From Acidobacteriota bacterium (GTDB lineage Bacteria; Acidobacteriota; UBA6911; RPQK01; JAJDTT01), in contig CBDCJH010000002.1 in NCBI GenBank assembly GCA_965217775.1, forward strand, positions 5,088,001 through 5,152,000: 64,000 nt of DNA, in the 5' to 3' direction. The notes below the pieces were generated by a model. It saw only the letters and a program-made list of their open reading frames with translations. It was not told the DNA's origin and did not search any database. Both the position numbers and the translations under genes were made by a program. This document shows, in pieces, positions 9,621 through 19,052 of the stretch. Numbering within the stretch: position 1 is the first letter of the stretch; every line of letters begins with the position of its first letter.

Positions 9621-11193
9621 TCGGACTGTCCGCCACCTGGAACGCCCAGACGGTCGCGTCCCGGAACAGGAACCGCAGGCGGACGGCCTTGCCTCGGAGG
9701 GAGGCGAGCGAGCGGCCCTTCCAGGTCACCCGGTGAGCCAGCCCGTCTCCCCGGATCACGTCGCAGTCCTCGCGCCGAAATCCGTCCAGCTTCTGCTCGG
9801 CGGCGCCGATGTAGTGGCTCATGTGGACCTTTTTCCCGGTGTCGAACTGCCGCGCCGGGGGGTCCACCACCTCGACCCGCAGTTCACCGCCGACCTGGGC
9901 GTTGACGACCAGTTCGTCCCCCTCCACCACCATCGGCCGGGTCAGGAAAGCCCCCTTTCCCTCCAGCCGCTCTCGGCTCCGGAGACCCATGAGCCGGTCT
10001 TTCGGAACCCAGCCCAGGCCGATCCGGATCTGACGCCGGTCCAGGGGCACGTTCCTGGAGCCGTGGTTGTATCGGGCGCCGGCGTAGTAGAAGAGCATCT
10101 TTTCCCCGAGGACGATCATGGAGGGCCACCAGATGATCCGGTCATCCCAACTGCCCTCTTCTCCCTGGGGGATGAACGCCTCCCCTGGAAAGGGGTGGTC
10201 CCAGCGGAACCCGTCGCGGCTGACGATCAGGTGCTGCTCCACGTCTCCCCTCACGTAGTTGTCCAGCATGGAGGGCAGCCCCAGGTAGACGCCCTCGTAG
10301 CGGATCACCTTCATGCTCTCCACTTCGGGCCAGCGTTCGCTCATGGGATGGAACACCGTCTGCCGGGGGGACCAATCCACGAGGTCCGGGCTCTCCTGGC
10401 GGACGATGTAACGGGGACCGGTTCCGGTCTCGGGGTCCGCCTTCTCCGTCAACTGCCGGTGAAACAAGATGTATTTCCCCAGGTCCTCATCCCAGACGAT
10501 GCTGGGATTCCCGCCGCCGCCCCCGCCCCGGAGGCCGCCGGGCATCTGCTGCCAGGTGAGTCCGTCGGCGCTGTAGGCCATCCCGTTCCAGCCTCCGAAT
10601 CGGCCCCCGTCCCGGTGGTAGGGGGGAACCCCGCAGGTGAGGAACCGGCGTTCCGGCGGGCGCTCTCTCGGGTCCTGGATCAGCCGGATGGCGCCGGCAA
10701 GGGGGCGCTTCCCCAGATGGTCCGCATGGAGCAGGACGTTGTTGTGCATCGTTCCCTGGTAGCGGACCAGTCCCAGGTCCGGCTTCACCCAAGTCACACC
10801 GTCCCGGCTCTCGGCGTAGGCGGCGACGTTGCCGCCGGTATGCTGTTCGATCTGGTACCAGATCTTGAACTTCCGGTCCTGGGGGTCGTAGATGGCGGTG
10901 CCGAGTTGGATCCCCCAGCTCTTCCGCGCCGTCTCCTCCCACGGTGCGTCCGCCTCCATCAGCGGGTTGGCGGGATGTTTTTGGAGCACGCTCTGAACCC
11001 GCTTGACGTTGTACCAGGCGGCGAGGACGTGGTTGTCCACCAGAAGCTGCTTCCGGTTGCCGATCCGGAGCGGCGGTTCCGATTCCAGCGGCCCCAGATG
11101 GACATGGGGAGACCCCGTCTCCTGCTGGGCGGCCACGTTGGAGGCGGCCAGAAGGCAAAATACCGTCATCTTGGCGAGAATTTTCAGATGCAT
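9607..11193 (-). CDS. Secreted glycoside-hydrolase-like beta-propeller protein (GH32/43/130-like fold)
   Basis: Signal peptide MHLKILAK...; repeated S-x-D-G-x-x-W boxes; KQLLVD, WVKPDLG motifs. Confidence 0.65.
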   Translation of the reverse strand: MHLKILAKMTVFCLLAASNVAAQQETGSPHVHLGPLESEPPLRIGNRKQLLVDNHVLAAWYNVKRVQSVLQKHPANPLMEADAPWEETARKSWGIQLGTAIYDPQDRKFKIWYQIEQHTGGNVAAYAESRDGVTWVKPDLGLVRYQGTMHNNVLLHADHLGKRPLAGAIRLIQDPRERPPERRFLTCGVPPYHRDGGRFGGWNGMAYSADGLTWQQMPGGLRGGGGGGNPSIVWDEDLGKYILFHRQLTEKADPETGTGPRYIVRQESPDLVDWSPRQTVFHPMSERWPEVESMKVIRYEGVYLGLPSMLDNYVRGDVEQHLIVSRDGFRWDHPFPGEAFIPQGEEGSWDDRIIWWPSMIVLGEKMLFYYAGARYNHGSRNVPLDRRQIRIGLGWVPKDRLMGLRSRERLEGKGAFLTRPMVVEGDELVVNAQVGGELRVEVVDPPARQFDTGKKVHMSHYIGAAEQKLDGFRREDCDVIRGDGLAHRVTWKGRSLASLRGKAVRLRFLFRDATVWAFQVADSPKSVR

Positions 11194-11362
11194 GTTGATA
11201 GCAGGCCTTTCGGGGCGAAATCGGGATCGGCGGCCCCCCCACCGACGGAGTGAACCAGCGGACCCTCCTTGGATGGAGCGGCTCCTCATCAACCTGCGCG
11301 AGTTTGCCCCGCGCAATGTCTTGGACTGCAACTGGGCCGAGCCGAGCGGATTGGGGAAATGA

Positions 11363-11644
11363 CTATATCTTAGAGACGGTCACGTTCCCCTCGATGTCCA
11401 CCCTGACGAACTCTTTGGTTTCCTTGTGGAACGATATGTCAATCATCCAGATCACCGCCCACAGGCCGACGGTGAAGAAACTGAGCATCAGATGAAGGAT
11501 ATGATTCACTGGAGTGCCGTCGGCGACAATAGCCTGGTAGTCGCCCTGGAAAACAATCCTCTTGCCCTGTTCCACCATTACGGCCAAGTGTTGCGACAGA
11601 AGGCGTCTTCGTTCGGTAGGTGTCAGATTCTCCTTCTCGCTCAT
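11363..11644 (-). CDS. Small membrane protein
   Basis: 93 aa with NHILHLMLSFFTVGLWAVIW hydrophobic hairpin. Confidence 0.7.
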   Translation of the reverse strand: MSEKENLTPTERRRLLSQHLAVMVEQGKRIVFQGDYQAIVADGTPVNHILHLMLSFFTVGLWAVIWMIDISFHKETKEFVRVDIEGNVTVSKI

Positions 11645-11777
11645 AGCCGTACGAATAGGATTCAGTTGCCGCCACAGCCACTCACCGAGATCTGAGGTCA
11701 TTCTCTCGAAAATGCGCGCGGTCCGCCAGCCGAACGGCGTGGCGGCTCCGGCGGCGGGCTGATATAACACACGAGGC

Positions 11778-12563
11778 ATGGCACAAGCGGTTGCGACTTT
11801 ATGGCGCCGGGAGATCATTCGCTTTTACCGTCAGCGAGGCCGTCTGGTGGGGGCTCTGGGCACGCCTCTGGTCTTCTGGATCCTCATCGGATCGGGAGTC
11901 GGCGAATCCTTCCGTCCGGCGGCGGCGCCCGATGACCTCCACTACCTGGTCTATTTCTATCCCGGGACCATTCTCCTGATGCTCCTCTTCACCGCCATCT
12001 TCTCCACCATCTCCCTGATCGAAGATCGCCGGGAGGGGTTTCTGCTTTCGGTCCTGGTGTCGCCCGTCTCCCGGGCCGGCGTGGTGTTGGGGAAGATCCT
12101 GGGCGGAGCGACCCTGGCCTTCCTGCAAGGTCTCGTCTTTCTGCTCCTGGCTCCTCTGGCGGGTATTTCCCTCGGCCTCGTTCAGATCTTGTGGATGATG
12201 GGCGTCATGGCCTTGATTGCCCTCTCCCTGACCGGACTGGGATTCGTCATCGCCTGGCAGAGCGAATCGATTCAAGGCTTTCACGCCGTCATGAATCTGA
12301 TGCTGGTTCCCATGTGGATCCTCTCCGGCGCCCTCTTCCCCTTCTCGGGGGCGTCCACCTGGATCCAGCTTCTGATGCGCATCAATCCCCTCAGTTACGA
12401 GGTGTCGCTGCTCCGGCATGCCCTCCACTCGGAGGTGCCCACCCTGGGAATCCACCTTCCCTCCTTCACCGTGTCCCTGGTGGTGACCCTGCTCTTCGTT
12501 CTGGTGGTCTTCGGCGTCTCCCTGTGGCTGGTCCGCCGACCCGGGCTGCGGGGCCTGTCCTGA
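11778..12563 (+). CDS. ABC-2 type transporter permease
   Basis: Six TM segments; DRREGFL..VLVSP, LSGALFP, INPLSY. Confidence 0.92.
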   Translation: MAQAVATLWRREIIRFYRQRGRLVGALGTPLVFWILIGSGVGESFRPAAAPDDLHYLVYFYPGTILLMLLFTAIFSTISLIEDRREGFLLSVLVSPVSRAGVVLGKILGGATLAFLQGLVFLLLAPLAGISLGLVQILWMMGVMALIALSLTGLGFVIAWQSESIQGFHAVMNLMLVPMWILSGALFPFSGASTWIQLLMRINPLSYEVSLLRHALHSEVPTLGIHLPSFTVSLVVTLLFVLVVFGVSLWLVRRPGLRGLS

Positions 12564-12982
12564 TGGACTTTTCGGACCTGCCGGCTCTCAACGCCGGTCT
12601 CAATGCCCTCAGCGGCTCTTTGCTGGGGATCGGGTACGCGCTGATTCGCCGGGGCCGGGTGGGGGCGCACAAGGTCTTCATGCTGGCCGCGGTGGGCGTT
12701 TCGGCCCTGTTTCTGGTCTCGTACATCTTCTACCACTATCACGCCGGGTCCACGCCGTTTCCCGGGACGGGCTGGATCCGGACGCTGTACCTGTCGATTC
12801 TCGTGACCCACGCCACCCTGGCGGCGGCAGTGGTTCCACTGGCGGCCGTCACCCTGGCCCGGGCGTGGCGGGAGGATTTCGGAGCTCACCGGCGCATTGC
12901 CCGCTGGACGCTGCCTATCTGGTTCTACGTCTCCGTCACCGGCGTGATCATCTACGTCATGCTCTATCACTTCTATGCCTGA
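12563..12982 (+). CDS. DUF420 family membrane protein
   Basis: MDFSDLPALNAGLNA...HRRIARWTLPIWFYVSVTGV; ATG overlaps the upstream stop. Confidence 0.9.
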   Translation: MDFSDLPALNAGLNALSGSLLGIGYALIRRGRVGAHKVFMLAAVGVSALFLVSYIFYHYHAGSTPFPGTGWIRTLYLSILVTHATLAAAVVPLAAVTLARAWREDFGAHRRIARWTLPIWFYVSVTGVIIYVMLYHFYA

Positions 12983-13847
12983 TAAGGGATCCGGCGCCCG
13001 CAAAGTTTCCCTGAAGACCCATCTTCTCGTGTTCGGCTCCCTGTTGGCGTTCGTCCTGGTTCCGGGACTGTTTTGGCACGACGTGTGGTTCGGACGCGTC
13101 CTGAACGACACCGAGTTGGACGAGTACCTCAATGACGAGACCAGTCCCAGGAGAATGCAGCATGGATTGGCCCAATTGGGAGAAAGGATCGGCAGAGGGG
13201 ACCCGGAAGCCCGGCGATGGTACCCGAGAGTGGTGGAGCTGGCGGGGCATGACCAGCCGGAGATCCGGAACCTCTCGGCCTGGCTCATGGGGCAGGACGC
13301 CGCAGCCGCCGGCTTCCGTCTGCGTTTGGCGCAACTTCTGAAGGACTCCAACCCGCTGGTCCGCCGGAACGCCGCCCTTTCCCTGGTCCGTTTCGGCGAC
13401 GACCGGGGGCGGCCCGAGTTGCAGTCCATGCTCCTGCCCTGGGTCGTGAAGAGTCCCCAGGCGGGACGACTCCGGCTGCTGGTCGAGGTGGATGACGAGA
13501 TCGGGAGCGGTTCCCCGGTGGCGGAGATCGAACAAGGGGAAACGTCCGTGGCGGTGCAGGCGCCCGTTTCCGGGATGGCGGAGAACCTGGCCGGCGACGG
13601 GCAGAGCGTCGATGCGGGAACCGCGCTGATGGTCCTGGCGCCGGACCCGGTGCATCTGTGGGAGGCGCTGCGGGCGCTCTATCTGGTTGGTACGGAGGAA
13701 GACCTGGAGCTGATCGAACCCTATCTGGGCTCCGGCGAAGAGAACGAAAGCATTCGCAGCCAGGCGCACCTGACCCGTGAAGCCATACTCAAGAGAGAAA
13801 ATCCGCGAGACGAGAAGATGTCAGGGAGCGGGACGCCGGATCAGTAG
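12975..13847 (+). CDS. HEAT-repeat protein with inserted biotinyl/lipoyl-like domain and N-terminal TM
   Basis: LKDSNPLVRRNAALSL HEAT repeat; VKSPQAG...VQAPVSG hybrid motif. Confidence 0.72.
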   Translation: MPDKGSGARKVSLKTHLLVFGSLLAFVLVPGLFWHDVWFGRVLNDTELDEYLNDETSPRRMQHGLAQLGERIGRGDPEARRWYPRVVELAGHDQPEIRNLSAWLMGQDAAAAGFRLRLAQLLKDSNPLVRRNAALSLVRFGDDRGRPELQSMLLPWVVKSPQAGRLRLLVEVDDEIGSGSPVAEIEQGETSVAVQAPVSGMAENLAGDGQSVDAGTALMVLAPDPVHLWEALRALYLVGTEEDLELIEPYLGSGEENESIRSQAHLTREAILKRENPRDEKMSGSGTPDQ

Positions 13848-14182
13848 GGAAGCGACCCGTGACTGCCTTCGTAGCCCTTGAGCGCCACCATGTCGATGGC
13901 GTCCCAGGGACATCCGTCCAGGAAGGTCCCCTCCGGGCCCTTGCTGGTGCAGAGCTTGCAGCCGATGCAGAGAAGAGGATCGACCTCGATCCGGCCGAAG
14001 GGCGGATGGTCGTCGTCCGGGATCCAGATCATGCAGTTCTCGATGGGGCAGTAGTCCACGCAGGCCGGGGATCCGGAGCAGCCGGTGCAGCAGTCGTTGA
14101 TGACGGCGACCAGCGCCGGCTTCCGCTTCCGCTTGTCGCTCCGCTTGATGGTGCTGCGGTCTTTCAGAACGTCGACTTGCAT
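13841..14182 (-). CDS. 2x[4Fe-4S] ferredoxin
   Basis: CTGC...CVDYCP and CIGCKLC...CPWDAI. Confidence 0.9.
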   Translation of the reverse strand: MQVDVLKDRSTIKRSDKRKRKPALVAVINDCCTGCSGSPACVDYCPIENCMIWIPDDDHPPFGRIEVDPLLCIGCKLCTSKGPEGTFLDGCPWDAIDMVALKGYEGSHGSLPY

Positions 14183-14197
14183 TCCAAAACCATTATC

Positions 14198-14662
14198 TCA
14201 CTTGGCGCGGCGGCGTTTCAACGGGCGCCGCCGTTTCATTGGCCGCCGGCGTTTCACCTTGCGCCTGGGCTTGGGGGGAGGCGCAACGTCGGGACCGAAC
14301 CACGAGACCTCGTAGTCGGGAAAAGCCGCCTTGAAGATCTGGGCCAGGGACTCCCGGTTCGGATCCGCGCCGTATGCAGTGTTCTTGCCGAAGAGAGTGA
14401 GAGTTCCGTAGTAGGGATTGCGGGCCAGCGACCCTCCGCCCTGGACCGTGAACTCTCCACCCGCATCCAGGAACCCCGCGTCGTCCAGATCCTGCCGGGT
14501 CCAGCGGATCAGGGCCTCTTCGCTGTCCACGCCGGAACTGATGTAGTTGGAGCCGCGAGCGATCCTCTTGGTCGCCCCTTCCAACTGCAGCGAGAAGACC
14601 AGGTACTGGAAGACAACACCGTCGCCCAGCAATTCGATGTCCCGGATCTCCTCCAGCGCCAT
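14198..14662 (-). CDS. Janus/Ocnus (PHPT1)-like protein with Arg/Lys-rich tail
   Basis: DGVVFQY, KRIARG, GGGSL, FGKNTAYG and FPDYEVSW parallel PHPT1 motifs in order. Confidence 0.7.
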   Translation of the reverse strand: MALEEIRDIELLGDGVVFQYLVFSLQLEGATKRIARGSNYISSGVDSEEALIRWTRQDLDDAGFLDAGGEFTVQGGGSLARNPYYGTLTLFGKNTAYGADPNRESLAQIFKAAFPDYEVSWFGPDVAPPPKPRRKVKRRRPMKRRRPLKRRRAK

Positions 14663-14673
14663 CTCAATCCGTC

Positions 14674-14829
14674 CTAAATGGCGATCATGGCTATCGCCAT
14701 GCCGGCCAGAAGCAACAGGACGCCGCCGCGGTGCGCCAGGGTGGCGAGGCGGCCGGTTCCGCTGGACCAGCCCACCACGGTGAGGATCAACGTGCCCGCC
14801 AACAAGAGCCCCAAACTCAACCAGATCAC
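14674..14829 (-). CDS. Small two-TM hypothetical protein
   Basis: GTG start, 51 aa, two hydrophobic stretches, fills the gap between same-strand genes. Confidence 0.5.
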   Translation of the reverse strand: MIWLSLGLLLAGTLILTVVGWSSGTGRLATLAHRGGVLLLLAGMAIAMIAI

Positions 14830-14956
14830 TTCGGTTTTTTCCCGTTCCTTTCGTCCAATTGATATAGAGCTTTCCGTCCCAATTGTCAAAGAAAGTCCCG
14901 TAAAGGACGCCGCGCGCGGCGGCATGGGGCTGGCCGGGGAGAAACACCGCCGCCGG

Positions 14957-15205
14957 CTAGACGGCCGCCTTGGCTCGGGGTTTTCGGCGAACGGCGCGGG
15001 TACGCACCTGGCCCCGGCGTCCGAGCTTCGGTTGAATGACATTGGTGGTCTGCTGATATCGTGCCTTCGTCGCCACATAGATCTGATTCCAGCAGGCAGC
15101 GCAGGTGTCCAGATGCATGAGGAATTCCAGCTTGTCATCCAGGTTCAGGGTGTTGTCCAGGAAGCCTGAGATTCGCTTCCGGTCGCACCTGTTGAAGGTG
15201 TTCAT
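14957..15205 (-). CDS. Stand-alone anti-sigma-type zinc finger (zf-HC2-like)
   Basis: C...HLDTCAACW (HxxxCxxC); AGGAG ribosome-binding site upstream. Confidence 0.7.
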   Translation of the reverse strand: MNTFNRCDRKRISGFLDNTLNLDDKLEFLMHLDTCAACWNQIYVATKARYQQTTNVIQPKLGRRGQVRTRAVRRKPRAKAAV

Positions 15206-15374
15206 GATCGTCTCCTATGGTTGTTGATGGAATTCGGCCGAAAGTCGCCGTTGTTTTGCGGTTCAATAACAGAGACGGCGCTTGGACCGAAACGGTTTCA
15301 ACAAATTTGGATCCGCCCGCGGCCGCCGGTGCCAATTGCAACCGGAAAACTCGGTCTGTTATCGTGAGCCGGCC

Positions 15375-15935
15375 ATGATCAACGCCTCGCGGATCCGAAA
15401 AGGGATGATCATCATCCATCAGAACGAGCCCCACCGCGTGCGTGAGTCCCAACACCGGGCGCCCGGAAAGGGGGCCGCCTTTGTCCGGGTCCTGCTCAAG
15501 AATATCCGGACCGGAGCGTCCTACGAGCACCGTTACGCCTCCGGAGACGCCGTGGACCGGGCGACCCTGGACCACCGGGAAATGGAGTTCCTCTACCGGG
15601 ACGGGAACGTCTGCCATTTCATGGACACTGAAAATTACGAGCAGATCGGATTGGACCGGCAGGCGTTGGCCGAAAGTTGGGACTATCTCAAGGAAGGACA
15701 GACCATCACCGTGGAGTTCTTCAACGATAGGCCCATCGGCGTGGAGCTTCCCGCCACCGTCGAGTTGAAGGTGGTGGAAACGGAGGCCGAACTGAAGGGA
15801 GCCACCGCCAGCAATTCTCCCAAGCCGGCCAGGCTGGAGACCGGCGTCACGGTCCAGGTGCCGCCATTCATCCGCGAGGGCGAGCTGATCCGCGTCGATC
15901 CCTCCCAAGGCCGATACATTGAACGCGCCCGCTGA
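15375..15935 (+). CDS. efp: Elongation factor P
   Basis: HRAPGKGAAFV loop; KPARLETGVTVQVPPFI; YIERA. Confidence 0.97.
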   Translation: MINASRIRKGMIIIHQNEPHRVRESQHRAPGKGAAFVRVLLKNIRTGASYEHRYASGDAVDRATLDHREMEFLYRDGNVCHFMDTENYEQIGLDRQALAESWDYLKEGQTITVEFFNDRPIGVELPATVELKVVETEAELKGATASNSPKPARLETGVTVQVPPFIREGELIRVDPSQGRYIERAR

Positions 15936-16101
15936 CAGGAGGGGCGATTTCCAATCGCCCACTCCCACCTCCGCTGACAGGAGAGGCGATTTCCAATCGC
16001 CTACTCCCACCTCCGCCATTTTTGTTTTGGACTGATGTTGGTGCGGAGTTCGGCGACTGGAACTCGCCGCTCCTGTTCGGCGGTTGGAAACCGCCGCTCC
16101 C
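15929..16101. repeat. REP cluster: two tandem 42-bp units plus two inverted copies (GGAG-GGCGATTTCCAATCGCC family)
   Basis: 42-bp period from 15929 and 15971, each with a hairpin; reverse-orientation copies at about 16045-16101. Confidence 0.8.
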
Positions 16102-16133
16102 GCCGGGTCAGTCCCGCAGGGTAAATTGGACCC

Positions 16134-19052
16134 GTGGGAGAGGTTGTCATCCATCATGGTCCCGCCGCTGGGGACCGGTCGCGGCGTCTGCTCGAGGAGC
16201 GTCTTCATCCGGCCCCCGGCCGGTCGCCCGAGTTTCTCTACGTCGTCGCCTCCCGCTGGCGAAAACACCAGTTGGTGCAGACATTTCTGCAGGTGGCCCC
16301 CCGCACCTTCGAAGTTCCGATCCTCACGTTTCAGGACCTGACCCGCGCCCTCTTCCGGGAGCTCGGATCCGGCCGTAGAGTGGTCTCGGAGACCGGCAGG
16401 AGATGTCTGCTGGAGGCGGTTTTGGAGGAGCATCTCGAGGCACCCGGCGGGAACGGCGAAGAGCAATCGCTGTCCCTTTCCGAGGCCGGGGCCTGGGTGT
16501 CGATGCTCAAGGGCCGGGGCCTGACCGGCGAACCCCTGATTCGTCTTCATCTCCAGCGGGAAGATCGCGACCACGATGAAGCGAACCGGCTGATCCGAAT
16601 CTTCCTTGCCTACCAGCAAAAGCTGGAGGAGCAAGGTTGGGAAGACGCGGCGGGAGTTCGCCTGAGTCTCTATGAAGCTCTGTTGACCGGTTCCGTGGAC
16701 TGCCGCAGCCGGTTTCCCGGGCTCCGAGAGATCCTCTTCGAGGGACTCATTGCTAGAACGCCGGTGGAGAAGGGGTTGGTGCGTCTGCTGGCGGATCAGG
16801 TCGGGAAGGCCATCTACTCGTTGGATCTGGAGTCTCCTCACGAAGAAATGCGCCCGTTCACGCTTCCGGTGTCCACGGTAAGAGAATGCTGGGAGGGAAC
16901 GAACCCGGCGTGGTGTTTCCAGGCGGCGGACGAGGCGCCCGCTCAAGTGCGCTTGTCCCGGCCTCCGCACCGGGAAGCCGAGATCCGGATGTTGGCCCTG
17001 GAAATCCAGGTGCTCAAGACTCGGAGGCCTGAGCTCCGGTGGTCCCAGGTGGGTGTCGTCTGTCGCCGCGACGAGAGCTACCTGCTGCTCTTGAGGGAGA
17101 TCTTCTCGCGGCAGGGCATCCCCTGGTTGAACCTGCATGGAGAAGCCGTCAGGTCCACGAACGCCTTCCGAGATCTCGTGGGTTACGTCGAGCTGTTGTG
17201 GCGCGACTTCCGGCGGGACGACCTGTTCGACTTCCTCTCCTCTCCCTGGATCGATCCGGATGGGATTTCTCAGGATCAAATTCGGCTCCTGGAGCAACTG
17301 GCCTGCCGGGGAGGCTTCGGGGGTGGCGTAGAGGCGTGGTCCCAAACGTTCCCGGAATGGATCGAGCGGAAACGGGCCGAGTCTCCGGAAGAACCGGGAT
17401 CAGTCCTGGAGGGTTGCGCCGAGGTTTTTCGGGAATTGATCCGGAAGCTCCAAGCCGATTCATCGGGGCTCCGAACGGCCGGGGAGTGGGTGTCCCTGTT
17501 GGCCGGCCGGTTAGGCCCGCTCCTTCGGTCACCGGCCGGGCCGGGAAACTGGGGGCGAACCGAGGGCCAGGCGCTGTCCCGGCTCCAGGCGAGTCTCCAG
17601 GAGGCCGCCCTGCTCTGGGGAGATTGCCCTCTCAGTCTTGCGCGCTTCCGCTCCTTGCTCCGCCGGCAGATTTCCCGGATCCGAATTCCCCCATCCCTGG
17701 ACCGGGAAGCTGTTGTTGTAGGTGGCGCCCGTCACCTGCAGGAGTGCGACTTCCGGCATCTCTTCTGGCTCGACTTCTCGGAAGGGCAGATCCCTTCCCG
17801 GCGGCCGATGCCGGCGGCCGAAACCGGATCCCGGGTGTCGGAGGAACTTTCGATCTTTCACGGAATCCGTTGCCGGAGCCGCGAAACGGTGCTTCTCTCC
17901 TCGCCCCGGCACGCCGGCAACGGTCCGGTGTTGCCCAGCCACGTGCTGGAGTACCTGGATTACCGGGAAAAGGCCTTGCCCCACCTGGAGGCGCCGCTGG
18001 GACCGGCGCAGGGTACGGCGAGATGCGAAAACGTCCGCCGCGGAGTTCGGGCGCTGTCCCTGAGGCGGTCGGGCCACCCCAACGCCTTCGCCGGGGTCCT
18101 CGCCCGGCCCCAGGTCCTGGAACGGATGCGACGGCGTCACTTTCCGGCCGGGATGGACCTTTCTCCGACTCGACTCGAGGAGTATGGACGGTGTGGATTC
18201 CGGCACTTCGTCCGGACGATGCTCGGGGCCGAACCGCCGTTGCCGGCGGATTCGAACCTGTTGCGGGAACAGCACCGGCTGGTGCGCAGGATTCTGTCCC
18301 GCTATTCGCAGGACGCCTCCGAGAGTCGCCCTCCGGATCTCGAAGATGATCGGCGTCGGATGGCAGGCATCGTCCGTGAAGAATTGGAGCAGCTGAGACA
18401 GACTCTGCCCGCAGTCGGCGGGTTGCTCTGGGAGCAGCTGCAGACCTGGGTCATGGACGGACTGGAAAACTCGAACCCGCCGGGGTTGCTGATGCGGTTC
18501 CTGGACAAGGATCGGCAGAGGGAACCCGACTCGGAGGTTCATTCCGTGGAGACCTCACTGGGGCCCCTCGTCCTGGGTCATCTTCCTCGTGGCGCGGGAT
18601 CCGGTGACGGGCAGGCGCCGCCGGTTCGCCTGAAGGGTTTTCTGGACCGGATCGACCGGACTCCCGAGGGTCTTCAACTGGTGTCCTACGTGGCGGGACG
18701 ACGGAATCGTCTAGGCCGGATCAAGGACGGCTGGGGTTTTCGCCTCCCGTTGTCGCTGCTTCTGGTGCAGTCCTTCCTGGGCAAGGCGGCGTCCGGAGGC
18801 TTCTACCATGTCGGCCTGCCCGGGTACCTGCAGTGGCGGCCATTGCGGAAACCGGGGGGCAGGGCGCCTGCGGAGGACCTGGAGCAATTGATGGATCGTT
18901 ATCGGGAGGAGGCTCTGCTGGCCGCCCGAAGGATCTATTCCGGAAAGTTTCCCGTGACCACGCACAAGCCCGCGGCGGCCGGTTGTGCCCACTGCGGGTA
19001 CAGTCGAGTCTGCCGGCGGGAGGAGGCGCAGGCCGGAGGGACCCTGGTATGA
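16134..19052 (+). CDS. addB: AddB/RexB-like helicase-nuclease subunit
   Basis: SPTRLEEYGRCGFRHF, LKGFLDRIDR, C-terminal CAHC...C; directly upstream of addA. Confidence 0.85.
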   Translation: MGEVVIHHGPAAGDRSRRLLEERLHPAPGRSPEFLYVVASRWRKHQLVQTFLQVAPRTFEVPILTFQDLTRALFRELGSGRRVVSETGRRCLLEAVLEEHLEAPGGNGEEQSLSLSEAGAWVSMLKGRGLTGEPLIRLHLQREDRDHDEANRLIRIFLAYQQKLEEQGWEDAAGVRLSLYEALLTGSVDCRSRFPGLREILFEGLIARTPVEKGLVRLLADQVGKAIYSLDLESPHEEMRPFTLPVSTVRECWEGTNPAWCFQAADEAPAQVRLSRPPHREAEIRMLALEIQVLKTRRPELRWSQVGVVCRRDESYLLLLREIFSRQGIPWLNLHGEAVRSTNAFRDLVGYVELLWRDFRRDDLFDFLSSPWIDPDGISQDQIRLLEQLACRGGFGGGVEAWSQTFPEWIERKRAESPEEPGSVLEGCAEVFRELIRKLQADSSGLRTAGEWVSLLAGRLGPLLRSPAGPGNWGRTEGQALSRLQASLQEAALLWGDCPLSLARFRSLLRRQISRIRIPPSLDREAVVVGGARHLQECDFRHLFWLDFSEGQIPSRRPMPAAETGSRVSEELSIFHGIRCRSRETVLLSSPRHAGNGPVLPSHVLEYLDYREKALPHLEAPLGPAQGTARCENVRRGVRALSLRRSGHPNAFAGVLARPQVLERMRRRHFPAGMDLSPTRLEEYGRCGFRHFVRTMLGAEPPLPADSNLLREQHRLVRRILSRYSQDASESRPPDLEDDRRRMAGIVREELEQLRQTLPAVGGLLWEQLQTWVMDGLENSNPPGLLMRFLDKDRQREPDSEVHSVETSLGPLVLGHLPRGAGSGDGQAPPVRLKGFLDRIDRTPEGLQLVSYVAGRRNRLGRIKDGWGFRLPLSLLLVQSFLGKAASGGFYHVGLPGYLQWRPLRKPGGRAPAEDLEQLMDRYREEALLAARRIYSGKFPVTTHKPAAAGCAHCGYSRVCRREEAQAGGTLV

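Noticed and set aside
9463-11253. Long antisense ORFs (596 aa here; also 15135-17345, 22512-24356, 57596-59260 and others)
   Set aside because: They shadow well-supported genes on the opposite strand, as expected in high-GC DNA, and show no motifs.
15929-16015. Possible CRISPR repeats downstream of efp
   Set aside because: Only two adjacent units, no unique spacers, no cas genes; the sequence recurs as dispersed REPs.
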